Shown here piece by piece: positions 28,453 to 40,203 of a DNA stretch of 64,000 nucleotides. The position numbers and the translations under genes were made by a program. Location: positions 79,608,001 through 79,672,000 of the forward strand of contig NC_043004.1 in the NCBI RefSeq assembly GCF_006345805.1, written 5' to 3'. Numbering within the stretch: the stretch's first letter is position 1; each line of letters opens with the position of its first letter. The DNA comes from Octopus sinensis. Its lineage: Eukaryota. Below the pieces are notes generated by a model. It saw only the letters and a list, made by a program, of their open reading frames with translations. It was not told where the DNA came from and did no database searches.

Positions 28453-28622
28453 ACTCACCTCTTCCTCTTTTGGCATCTTGATGTCGTAGAGCAAAGACGC
28501 GATCTAGTTGGCTCTTGCACACCACTCGCCAGCTAGCAGACAGGCGGCAACGTACTGGAGAAGATCGTGGCCTCCACGCATCAAACCATTTCCATTTATC
28601 AATCAGCTTGTATATATATATA
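28453..28622 (-). other. Candidate first exon (5' UTR + ATG CCA AAA GAG GAA GAG | GTGAGT)
   Basis: Non-repetitive, GC-richer stretch; ATG at 28476 with A at -3; consensus donor GAG|GTGAGT at 28458; short TA run ~135 bp upstream. Confidence 0.25.
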
Positions 28623-30067
28623 CGGCAGGACACATTAAAGGTATTTATAGTTACCACCTTGTTCCATGTATTCCTTTATACTGCGTTCCTGTCAAATGAT
28701 ATTACAGCCTTCTGAATAGAGTCATATTAGATGGCCCCACAACCATGATTCAAACACACCATCTAAACATGTCTGAAAAGACATTGGCAAATGTAATCTT
28801 GTGTACATCGTATGAAAATAAGACGTGCATGCCATGGTTGGGATGTTTCCTTCATAGTTCTACTAGATAAGGTAGCTGGTTTGATACTAAACAATAACTA
28901 AACCCTTCAAATAAATGCAAAACATCGCCGTCTCTGATGCTCTTTCAGGGTTATAACCCGATCTATGACTCATTGTCAAAAATGTACCCCTAAAAATTTA
29001 TTTCGTCTTAATTAAGTCAGAAAAACCATTAATTCACTACTGAGCAATTGCTGACTTACTTGCGAAGCTAAAAAACGTGACCCACATTACAATATTGCTC
29101 CCTTATCTAGAACGGTTCTGCTGCTATACGCACGAGAAAACATCCCACTTCGTACCAAAAAATCAGAATGAGGTTTCTGCGATGGTGATGGTCGCGGTGC
29201 GGTATTCTTTCCGTTTATCTTTTATGGTTTATGATTGTATAAACATCTGTGGGAAATAAAGAATCGGTGCAGATAACAACAATAAAGTTATATGCGTGTG
29301 CGTGCGTGCGTGCGTGCGTGTGTGTGTGTGTGTGTGTATGTGTGTGTGTGCGTGCGTGTGTATGTGTCCCCGGATGTTTTATTATCGCCTGTTGCGTTCT
29401 TGTTCCATTTTTGGGATATACACACATACATACATATATATACGTTTATTTTACTCGTGCCGCCAGTTATGTCGACCTCTTTTGGTCTAAGTGTCTAAAC
29501 AGATTTAGAACTCAAAGGCTCAGAGTAGTTACACAACACGTGTTCATACAAATGTTGTGAAGTACAGATTTTAAAATGGACAGTTGTTCAAGCAGAGAAA
29601 AATAACACGTTTCAAATTACAAGCTTTGAATAAAATGTGCTGAAGAAAGCAAACTAGATATGTTCGTGTTTGTTAGGTCAGTCGAGTGATTCGTGTGTTA
29701 TAGAAGACAGAGCATACATATGTTCGTTTGTGAAATGAATGGAGCGATGCACATGTTATCGAAATAGCATTTCGTATACGTCCATGAATTGAAGTTTATA
29801 TTGCGATCTGCGTGTAGCATGAACGACAAAATGTAGTTGAGGAGATTACGGAAAAGAAAATGAACGTACATGTTTGCAGCTAGTGAAATGCATATTGCAG
29901 CGAAATAATTTCAACAGACATCACTCTTTCGTTGTATCTGTATAATATGTAGTGACAGGTTATTACTTTCTGTCGAGAAGAAACCCAAGGGCTAAGTACA
30001 GTGAGTGAAACAGCTTGCTCTTGGCTGTAGAGTGTTGGTGGAAAGACAGCGATTCTTTTGAATTTGG

Positions 30068-30112
30068 TTTTATATAAACAAAGTGATTGCACGTGTACTG
30101 CTCTGTGATTGG
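30068..30112 (-). promoter_or_regulatory. Candidate Pol II core promoter (CCAAT, E-box, TATA)
   Basis: Minus strand: CCAAT 30112-30108, CACGTG 30095-30090, TATATAAAA 30076-30068, in canonical order and spacing within unique DNA. Confidence 0.3.
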
Positions 30113-30257
30113 TGCAAATAAATGCATTAAACTGTCACCTGATGTATAAGATAACAGCTGTACATGCTGAGCGACATTTTTTTCAGAGTGTGTTACTGCA
30201 ACTAAGTTTCGTTAAGTGCTGGGTTGCGTGGCCTTTTGAACTTCTCCAGTTTAGAAG

Positions 30258-30685
30258 AGGATCTTTTCGGTTTGAACGGCGGTTTTTAACATAATTTCTA
30301 GGTAACTAAAAAATTTGCAACTTCGTATACTGGTAGTATGTGTTTATAAAACATCTTTTTCTCTTGGCTTTATTGAGAAAATTCTATAGTTTGTGAGATA
30401 TTTGTTGTTTTTTCCTTCAATTTCTGCAATTTCAACCAATCACTGACGCTATTGAGGTAAAAAAAACATTCTGTGCCGTATGAATATGTCCCTCGTTTAA
30501 GAAACAGATTGGGTTTATTTACATTTCTGAAGAAAAAAAGATACCCTCCCCCCTAAACCTAACCCTAACCCTAACCCTTAAAAAAGATTTGAAATGCAAT
30601 AGATCGATACTAGGGTCATAATTATGGGTGACAATTTCATATGACACCGCTATATAAAAACTGCCGCTCAAACCGAAAAGATCCT
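30258..30685 (-). mobile_element. TTAGGG-containing MITE, copy 2
   Basis: Same TIRs as 18739; TSD TAGAAG at 30252-30257 and 30686-30691. Confidence 0.9.
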
Positions 30686-31541
30686 TAGAAGAAAACTACA
30701 TCAGTCGGAAAAGGAGAGAGAGAGAGTAGCAGTGACCATTACCCAAGAACCCAACCTTCGAATGAAGAAATTGGTGTGATTAAGGTCCATTAGTGTGACA
30801 GGACAGAAGGCAGAAATGCTGTTTTGCTTCAAAACCTTTTTTTACTATGAAATCGAAAAAATATCAAAAGGAATTGGAAGAAAGCTCGTTTCCGTCGGCA
30901 GCACGGAGAGTGGCGTACCTAGGGTATGCTGACCGAGGTTACCCTCGAGTTTGTAAACCCCCACCACCACCTACCCACCAGCCTCAAATTCAAGCTTATT
31001 CAGCGGACTCCAAAATATCGTCCCCATGAAAGCGTAACCTGTCATAGAACAATCGCCTGGTTCCACCAACTACGCTACTGAGAATGAGACCATTATTGGA
31101 ACCACGAGAACATCTTGAAGTTATAGACATGGTAGTCTTTCCAGTCGATTAACACCTTGATCAGGTTCAGGTGTATTAGCTACAAAGTATATTCAAGGTG
31201 GGAATATTCTTTCTAAAGATGACCAACAAAGGAAACACTCACACGGAAATTCAGTTTATTGTGACAAAATACGTTGATGAGGTAAACATTAATTCTTTGG
31301 CAGTTTCGCATTGAGAAGACACAGCTCTGATTCTACAGACAAGGGATTGGAAAGGATGTCGTTGAAAAGAACCAGAAAACAGAATCTTCAAGCGGAGCCA
31401 ACTGGCTGGAGACTTGGGGGTGAGCCGTAAGGGAGATGGTTAAATGATGTTCATAGTCTTAGTTGGTCAAGCTTGGGAATCCAGTTCGAAAATATAATGG
31501 CTGTTGCTTCCGGTGGGATCTTAAGGAGGAGGTGCCTGAGG

Positions 31542-31697
31542 CACTAGCGTAGCTGGGGGGAGCGTTCCGCCTCGGGTGGCACTTTTAAAGAGGCACAACT
31601 TTTGGGTCTGCTGTAGGTAATATGTGTTTTTTGTGGGGTCTGGAGGTGGCAAACGGAAGGGACGCCCCGGCCGGCACACATTCTTGCTACGCTAGTG
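31542..31697 (+). mobile_element. Small MITE (hAT-like, 8-bp TSD)
   Basis: TIR CACTAGCGTAG/CTACGCTAGTG; TSD GCCTGAGG/GCTTGAGG; relatives at ~27385, ~49000, ~49800 and 62403. Confidence 0.7.
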
Positions 31698-32430
31698 GCT
31701 TGAGGACTCTTCTCCCACGACCCCCACCCAAGAATAGTGGACAGAGAAAATGGTTGGATGGATGGTGTCTCAACTTCTGGCGTTTAGGTTTCCAAGAGAG
31801 AGAGACAACTTGTCGTTAAATGGTTAATGTAGTGAATCACTTCCACCACAATCAGAGATTTGTAAAATTTGCCAACTTTTACTGGTAATTCCAACAACAT
31901 TTGTCATGGCTGAATGAATATATTCTTAGTAAAACGATTTTCGATCAAGAATGGCACAAGAAAGATTACATTCTCTGGCTGACAGACAAATAACTGACAG
32001 ACAAAATAAATCCATCCGTAGTTGTTGCGGGATTCGCCTCTTGGAAACAAAATAAGCAAATGAGCGTCAGCAGATTCTGACTTGTTTGACGGAGAACACC
32101 GTGTTGAATAATAGCAGTTTTATAATTACAACTGGTTTTACCTCAGTTTTACTGTACAATAAGTTCGATATTTCAATCAGCACCTTCCAACCTTTCGAAA
32201 TGAAACAAGATACGGTCGCAGAGAAAGCGTTTATGTTCGGTGGCCGAGACTACGATCGATTTTAGACACGGACGTTAAAAAATTGTTTTTGACGATATTT
32301 ACCTCATGCTAACGAACATCAATTTTTATTACACTCACATATATATATATATATAAAACAGTACTGGGAGAATAAAAACGGAACGAAGCGAACGAATCGA
32401 ATCGAACCGACGCGAGGGCGCTGTCAAACA

Positions 32431-32700
32431 ATAGTGTAATAAATAAAATATATGCATACATACAAACATATATGTACGTACCTACATCTACATGTATATA
32501 TATATGCATATATAAATATATTCTGTTTTTCTGTTGTAAGAAAATGGTTTTTCCGTTTTCGTTTCTCGTTGAGTTCTACGTCTATTTGTGGTGTCCTGTA
32601 CTCACGTATATATATTTATATATGCATGTATATATACATGTAGATGTAGGTACGTACATATATGTTTATATGTATGCATATATTTTATTTATTACACTAT
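32431..32700. repeat. ~90-bp-arm inverted repeat (fold-back) of a Penelope-like terminal sequence
   Basis: 32431-32520 vs 32609-32700 are near-perfect reverse complements; the right arm plus spacer resembles the 3' end of the 42164 and 43027 repeats. Confidence 0.85.
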
Positions 32701-32854
32701 ATATATATATATATATATATGTAATCCTCATATTGGTGCCGTGTGTTCTTGTTGTCATATCTCTCACAGAAACAATGTAAATATTTTCAGTTCCATCATT
32801 GATGTGAATATGTTATAGCATTGATTTTATCCTCTGTGTTTGAAGTCTATGCGG

Positions 32855-32937
32855 TCATCTGACGAGAACGGTTTCTTTTAACTGATGTAATATTTTCATT
32901 AATCAATTAAAGAAGTCGCTTGAAACGGCCGTAATGA
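32855..32937 (+). ncRNA. Type I hammerhead ribozyme motif with long stem II
   Basis: UCAU-CUGACGA(32859-32865)-~18-bp imperfect stem II-GAAAC-GGCC-GUA-AUGA; stem III is the palindrome ACGGCCGU; predicted cut after A32933. Confidence 0.7.
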
Positions 32938-33233
32938 ATTGACACCTGTACGTCTTCGTTACTCATTTATATTTTATTCACTTATATTGGAATCTGCAAT
33001 TCGGAAAAACTACAGAAAGTATCTTTATATAAAGAACATATCTGAACTACCAAGAGCGGATCTCTTCACTCAGTTAGGTTGCATTGTCTGCACACGCAGC
33101 AGGAATATCAGGTGCAAACACTCTTGCACGGAGTTTTCATATTCAATATTCAATTAATATTGTTTGGGTATTCGGATTATACCGACCTAATGAGGTGCCT
33201 CAATTTAAGTACCTAATTCAACGAAATCTTAAT

Positions 33234-33362
<129 letters not shown>

Positions 33363-33521
33363 GTAAACAACAGGTTGTACGGTGAGAGGCATTAATGGAT
33401 CAAAGGTTGAACAGAAATAACACGAGGATAGAACAGAGCAAGCGGAAGTCCGTATGTTGTTTCCGTTGGATTTCCGCTTGCTGTGTTTTCTCCTTGTGTT
33501 CTTTCTGTTCAACTCTTGATT

Positions 33522-33584
<63 letters not shown>

Positions 33585-34014
33585 CACACAAACACACAAA
33601 CACATACACACACACACACACCACATACACGTGCACGCACACATATGTAAATGTGTGTGTGTATGCGCGCGCGAACGAGTATATGGGAATCGCAGTGACT
33701 AACAGATAGTCCAGTACTCCTCAAAACCCTGGACTCCTAAACCAGAGTCCTACCACAGGATGTGGTTTAAAGTCATAGGTAGGATTTGCATACGGGCATA
33801 CATGCATACACACATGCATACATATATACATACATGCATACATACATACGTACATACATACATACATACATACATACATACATACATACATACATACACA
33901 CATGCATACATATATACATACATGCATACATGCATACGTACATACATACATACACACATACATACACATATACATACATGCATACATGCATACATACATA
34001 CATACATACATACA

Positions 34015-34046
<32 letters not shown>

Positions 34047-34059
34047 CACACATACATAC

Positions 34060-35005
34060 AAGTACCTGATGCTAAAAAGGGATAGAGATGCAGGAAAAGC
34101 CTTAAAATGTGACAACCGATGCAGACTTTGTGGAGTTGACACCGAAGACATCACTCACATCATAAGCAGTTGTCCGAAAATGTCATTACAGTATTATCTA
34201 CCGATGAGACATGATGTTTTAGCTAGGGCACTCTATAATGGAATCCGTCGGAAAGGTAACCCCGAGGACAAAGAAATAAGAACCCACAATATGATGGAAG
34301 TCATAGCCACTCAAAACAATGAGGAATATTGGTGGAATGTACCAGCGAAGACCTCAACAAAATATAAGCACAACAGACCTGATATAATGATTTGGTACAG
34401 AGAAGAGGAACTGTGCATGGTTGTGGAAATTAGCTGCCCAGCGGATGTTAACATGAAGCTGAAGATCAGGGAAAAAGAAAACACCTACGCTTGACTATTG
34501 AGAAATCTACAGTTATTCTATCCAGATTACAAGTTCAGGTCTATACTCGTAATTATTGGGGCACTGGGATATGTTACACACTACCTAAAATACCAATCTT
34601 GAGAAATTAGGCTTCTCAAAACCAGAAAGGAGAAAGCTAATTCGAAGACCACAGATCGAGTCCATCACTGGAGGTGAAAAAAATCTGTAAAACTTTCCAG
34701 AAGTCTAGCATTTAAATATATATGAGCATGACTATATATGCAAATATATGCATGAGAATACATACATAAAACAAAACACAAATCTGCACATTATACATAC
34801 ATACAAATACATACATACATACATACATACATACATACATACATACATACATACATACATACATACATACATACGTACATAGGTACGTACGTACAAACAA
34901 AAATACCCTGTTGATGTTGAAATTTCAATGAAGGAGCCTTGGATCTAGTTTAGAAACCGGCTCTTTCTCTATTGGCAAGAAATCTTAAAATAAAACTGAA
35001 CAATC
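34060..35005 (+). mobile_element. R4/NeSL-like LINE 3' fragment (CCHC zinc knuckle + restriction-like endonuclease + 3' UTR)
   Basis: CRLCGVDTEDITHIISSC...RHD...HNRPDIMIW...VEISCP.D.N..LKIREKENTY...IIGALG; stop/frameshift after 34494. Confidence 0.85.
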
Positions 35006-35015
35006 ACACACACAC

Positions 35016-35173
35016 ACCTGGGTTCTCATTCCTAATGTAGTTTTCGATGTTGTTGTTGTTGTTATTATTATTATTAGTATTATTATTATCTTATTATTCA
35101 GGTCACTGCCTGGAATCGCACTCGGAATCTTGGGGTTAGTAGCCCGCGCTCTTAACCACTATGCCATATGCCC
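35016..35173 (-). mobile_element. tRNA-derived SINE head followed by (TAA)n and a short unique tail
   Basis: Minus strand GGGCATATGGCATAGTGGTTAAGAGCGCGGGCTACTAACCCCAAGATTCCGAGTGCGATTCCAGGC, with A box TGGCATAGTGG and B-box-like GAGTGCGATTCC. Confidence 0.75.
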
Positions 35174-36319
35174 ACTAACCCCAAGTGTGTGTGTGTATGT
35201 GTATGTGCGCGTGCGTATTCAGGTCTCTCTGCGCAAGTTGCTTACCGAAATTCCGATCACAGAATTTTACTTATCTTAAAAGAATACAGCTGGATTGAAC
35301 GCGGAACCTACTGGTTGTGAAGTAAACTTTCGAAGCTCACCGGTAGACAAGGCCATGCCTCTGTGGTAGATCTATGCTCAAATGATTCATCAAAGCAAGG
35401 CACGTTGCTACAGTTCGTGATCACCTGGTGCATTTCCTCTCATACAGTTTACAGTATCAATAATCATACGTAATATAATGCAAACAACTAGTAGATCCGG
35501 AACAGAAATTGCTGTTGGCGAAACATAATTGGAAGCCAAGAGATCTGGATTTAATTATTCACTTCATAGAAATAATAAATCTTTCACATTTCCCTCCCAC
35601 GGAGGGCGCACCCACTGTGCAAACACTTACTGTATTACACATATCTCGTTTCGTTTCACAGCAGCTTCGTTATAATGATTTTAAATCGTGGATGTGGATG
35701 CTAGTTCGTGGCTATGAACATTTCTGTTGTTAGCGCGAGGGTACGTACATAAATAATATCTGTTTTGTGTCATTTCTGTGTGTTGATTTCTCTAAATTAA
35801 CCGAAAAATAATATCGTTGTTGTATAACGTAGCTGTTTGTACTTGCTGACTTCCAGATGAACCAAAGCGTATTAGAAACATCAAATAAGTGCCAAGAAAA
35901 GATACAGGGCAGTCGCACGGTGTGTTAGAAATAGCAGCCAAATCTCTCTCTCTCTGAAACCATACTCTACTGTCTAAAATAAGAAAGGATACACAAGAAA
36001 ACGTAAGAAATTTGCTCCTGGTTAAATAGCATGATAGTACCGGTGCCTAGATCAGGACTGACCCGGGGTTAAATAACAACGAAGCAAACAAGGAAATCAC
36101 TGCCTGGTTGCATGACTTGTTACATACAAATAGCAGTCGAAACTGTCTGAAATTATATTCTATTTCAAAAGACGGACAGAGATTCTTAAACGAGAGGAAT
36201 TTCAGTCGAGGGAGGAAATTCAATTTGGAAAGGATATACTCTACTGTCTGTCTGTCTGTCGGTCTCCACATCTCTCTCCTTCTCTTTTCTGTGTGCGTGT
36301 GTATGTATGTGTGTATGCA

Positions 36320-36412
<93 letters not shown>

Positions 36413-37310
36413 GAGGTACGACGACGATCTGGGGGCGAACCTGGGCGTTGATGAGGAATACCTGACCCGCCTGTTCAAGACAACTTTCGGGCCGGGCCCT
36501 ATGGTCATCTTCCAGAGACCTCTGGCCTGGCAGTGCTATCGAGAAGCGCTACTTGTTCGGGATAAGCTCTATAGGCATGGCTCGAGAAACACGGGGCCGA
36601 CCTGCCCGAGATGCGGTCAGAGCGACGAAACCGTTCTGCACGCACTCGTACAATGTCCAACAATTTCCGACTTGTGGGCCTATGTCGAATGACTGCTATC
36701 GCGTGTGGGACGAGTCAGTTTATCGTGAATATTGTCGCGCCTCCGTCTTTGAAACGGGAAAGAAGAGCCATTTTCATTGTACTTGTGGCTATGGCGAAAG
36801 AATGTGTATGGTGGACGCATCTGAAAGCTCTAGAGACAAACACTTTCCTCTCTGGTCAATCATTCATCAACTTCTTCAAGTATCACTTGAAGAGGAAGGT
36901 GAGAGTAGAGATGGAAGTTTTATCTAGTGAATCTTTGAAAAAAAGATAGGTGAATGTTGCAAGGATGGCACGTGTGAATGACGGAGCCAGCTTGAGCATA
37001 ATCCTATGAACTAAAAGGAAAAAAAAAACGAAAGGAAAAAAGAGAGCCACTTACAGTAATGTGTTTTTATGCATGACATTATAGCCCGAGGTTACCGTGG
37101 TCTTTTCTGTTGGCTTTACTTTTCACGGATAAATCTAATCTGTTTCCCCTTTTTACATTATGACATCTCTGTGACACACGATCCCTATTGATCGGCCTTT
37201 TTTTTCCACGATCCCTTGGATCAAAATTCTACCCACCTTTTTTTTTCTTCTTCCCAAAAAGAAAGGCTCTACTTTGTATTTTGTCCCCTCTGTGTTCAGC
37301 CCTGTGTGGC
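36413..37310 (+). mobile_element. Tx1/L1-clade LINE 3' fragment (ORF2 zinc knuckle and C-terminus, 3' UTR)
   Basis: CPRCGQSDETVLHALVQCP..DLW, then AKECVWWT...FKYHLKRKVRVE.EVLS; contains internal stops. Confidence 0.85.
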
Positions 37311-37689
37311 GAGTCTTTGAGTTTGTTCCCATTACTCCGATTGACAACTGTTGTTGGTTTGCTTACCTCCTCATAACTTAGTTGTTCGATCAAAGAAATC
37401 GATAGAATAAGTACCATACTTAGAAATAAGTTCCGAAGTCGATTTGCTCGACTATTCATTTCACGGCGATGCCCCAGTATGGCCGCAGTTCAATGACTTG
37501 CAAATGAAAGATTAAAATTAGTAATACTCATTGAGAGCAGACCTGGAGTTAAACTACAAGGATATCTTCAACGAGGCCTGAAATTTGGTGGTGGTGGTGG
37601 GGGGGGGGCGCCGGTCGATTATATCGACCCCAGTACGCAACTGGTACTTAATCTATTGACCTCGAAGGGATCAATAAATTAACGCCGGC

Positions 37690-38145
37690 TGTTGGTGATA
37701 CACTGCCTGCGTGTCCCGAAACATCTTTGGTGGAAGTTGTGCCACCAAAGATGGAGACTGTACAGCACCTCCATGATATGGAGGAGGAATTTGTGGTCAA
37801 AACGAAGGGACGAAGGGAGGGGATCCTATCCTAGACGGAGGACCCTGACTGGCCTTCGCAGGTGGCTGCGAAGGTCATGAAGGAGAACAACCTGTTCAGG
37901 ATAATGGATTCCTTCCCCAAGGATACCTATAGATTTATGTTAAATTGGCTCGACTTGGAGCCGTTCAGGTGTTTTTCTGAGGCCTGGTCGGGCAAAAAGA
38001 TTGTACTTTTGATACCTAAATGGACTTGAGTAAGAGGTTCATTGCCTCAAAATGGCTTTGTATGTCGTTAATGTAAGAGATCTATTGCCTCCTTATTGTT
38101 TTGTTATGTAAGAGGTTTGTTGCCTCAATATGATTTATAAAAGAA
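37690..38145 (+). mobile_element. Unassigned GC-richer coding-like fragment with a triple 3' repeat, probably a retroelement end
   Basis: Frame DPDWPSQVAAKVMKENNLFRIMDSFPKDTYRFMLNWLDLEPFRCFSEAWSGK is followed by three GTAAGAG(G/A)T..TTGCCTC repeats. Confidence 0.3.
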
Positions 38146-38289
38146 CAATGTGCTCGGGTATACAGCAATCGGCGGGCGTTGCTGTTGCCCTCATTTTTCA
38201 TCATTTCATTTGTCATTCATATCATTATGTGCGTGTCTAGCCCGCAGCTTCCTTTCTTTGTAAGGCCCTCGAGGCCAATTAAATGAATA

Positions 38290-38675
38290 AAAGAAGCCTG
38301 CTTCCCAACCACATGGTTCCGAGTTCAGTCCCACTGCGTGGCACCTTGGACAAGTGTTTTCTACTATAGCATCAGGTTGACCAAAGCCTTGTGAGTGGAT
38401 CGGGTAGGCAGAAACTGAAAGAAGCCCATCGTCTGCACACACACACACACACATATTTGTATATATTTGTGTGCTTGTGTCTGTGTTTGTCCCCCGCCAT
38501 CGCTTGACAACTGATGTTGGTGTGTTTACGTCCCCGTAACTTAGCGGCTTGGCAAAAAGAGACCGATAGAATAAGTACAAGACTTACAAAGAATAAGTCT
38601 TTGGGTCGATTTGTTCGACTGAAGGTGGTGCTCCAGCATGGCCGCAGTCAGATGACTGAAACAGTAAAAGAATAA
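38290..38675 (+). mobile_element. SINE family A, near full length
   Basis: Matches the 8280 copy and includes the tail GCTCCAGCATGGCCGCAGTCAGATGACTGAAAC. Confidence 0.85.
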
Positions 38676-38698
38676 AAGAATTATGATAAAAGAATCGT

Positions 38699-39023
38699 GG
38701 CACTCCGTCGTTTACGACGACGAGGGTCCCAGTTGATCCGATCAACGGAAAAGCCTGCTCGTGGAATTAACGTGCAAGTGGCTGAGCACTCCACAGACAC
38801 GTGTACCCTTAACGTAGTTCCCGGGGAGATTCAGCGTGACACAGAGCGTGACAAGGCTGCCCCTTTGAATTACAGGTACAACAGAAACAATGAGAGAAAG
38901 TGTACAGCAAGGTTCGCCACTATCCCCTGCCGGAGCCTCGGGGAGCTTTAGGTGTTTTCGCTCAATAAACACTCACAGCGCCCGGTCTGGGAATCGAAAC
39001 AGCGATCCTACGACTGCGAGTCC
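38699..39023 (-). mobile_element. SINE family C, 5'-truncated
   Basis: Reverse complement of 39091-39440. Confidence 0.85.
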
Positions 39024-39063
39024 AATAAAAAGAATAGATTTTTCAATGTATCGTTGAAGTTGT

Positions 39064-39440
39064 AGGAGGCACAATAGCCCAGTGGTTAGGGCAGCGGACT
39101 CGCGGTCGTAGGATCGCGGTTTCGATTCCCAGACCGGACGTTGTGAGTGTTTATTGAGCGAAAACACCTAAAGCTCCACGAGGCTCCGGCAGGGATGGTG
39201 GTGATCCCTGCTGTACTCTTTCACCACAACTTTCTCTCACTCTTACTTCCTGTTTCTGTTGTACCTGTATTTCAAAGGGCTGCCTTGTCACTCTCTGTGT
39301 CACGCTGAATATCCCCGAGAACTACGTTAAGGGTACACGTGTCTGTGGAGTGCTCAGTCACTTACACGTTAATTTCACGAGCAGGCTGTTCCGTTGATCG
39401 GATCAACTGGAACCCTCGTCGTCGTAACCGACGGAGTGCT
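39064..39440 (+). mobile_element. SINE family C, full length (tRNA head)
   Basis: A box TAGCCCAGTGG, B box GGTTTCGATTCC, tail GTTGATCGGATCAACTGGAACCCTCGTCGTCGTAACCGACGGAGTGC. Confidence 0.85.
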
Positions 39441-40203
39441 TCCACCGTTGAAGTTGTTACTGCTATTCCGTCTCGGTCGCTTTGAATGTTTGCTGCTGTT
39501 TGTCATCTTTTATTTAGTTCAGACTTTCAAGACGTTGGTTAATTCCAGTGAAGCGAAGGAACGGCTCAACACCTGACCTATATTTAGAGGCTACGATGTA
39601 GGGGCGAGGTCGACGGGTTCAGACGAGCGAACACTCTTCCATGCATGTACACGCAAATGTAATTATTTATTTTATTTTCATTTTGTGTTATTTCCGCTAA
39701 TTGGGTGGTTAATTGGCGGATCAGATTTATTCCAACAACTGAAATCTTATCCCCACCCCCTCAGTCGAAATCCTTGCAACGTCTAATTGAATACAAGCGT
39801 CACCGCATTATGGAATCTTGCTGCTAAATGTGGAGCTGCGTAACGCGAAACCTGCTTTACTATTTACTTCAATACTACACGGATATCAATAAATATAGCA
39901 AAACAATAAAACATACGTTTTGAGTTACGGCAAGATTTTCTGGAACGCAATGCTTTCCGTTATGAGGGGGATGTCTGTATTTTACTTAGACGAGGAGACA
40001 TATTAATATTCATGATATGCAGCTGTAGTTGTTTAGTAAGAAGCTGCCTTCCCAACCACAAGGTCCTAGGTTCAGTCCATTGCGTGGCACCTTGGGCAAG
40101 TGTCTTCTACTATAGCCTCGGGCCGATCAAAGTTTTGTGAGTGAATTTGGTAGACAGAAACTTAAAGAAGCTCGTTGGATATGTATATATATATATAAAA
40201 ATA

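Noticed and set aside
35100-35173. Possible genuine tRNA gene (also the heads at 39064, 44585 and 54105)
   Set aside because: No complete acceptor stem or cloverleaf, and each continues into a SINE body; treated as SINE heads.
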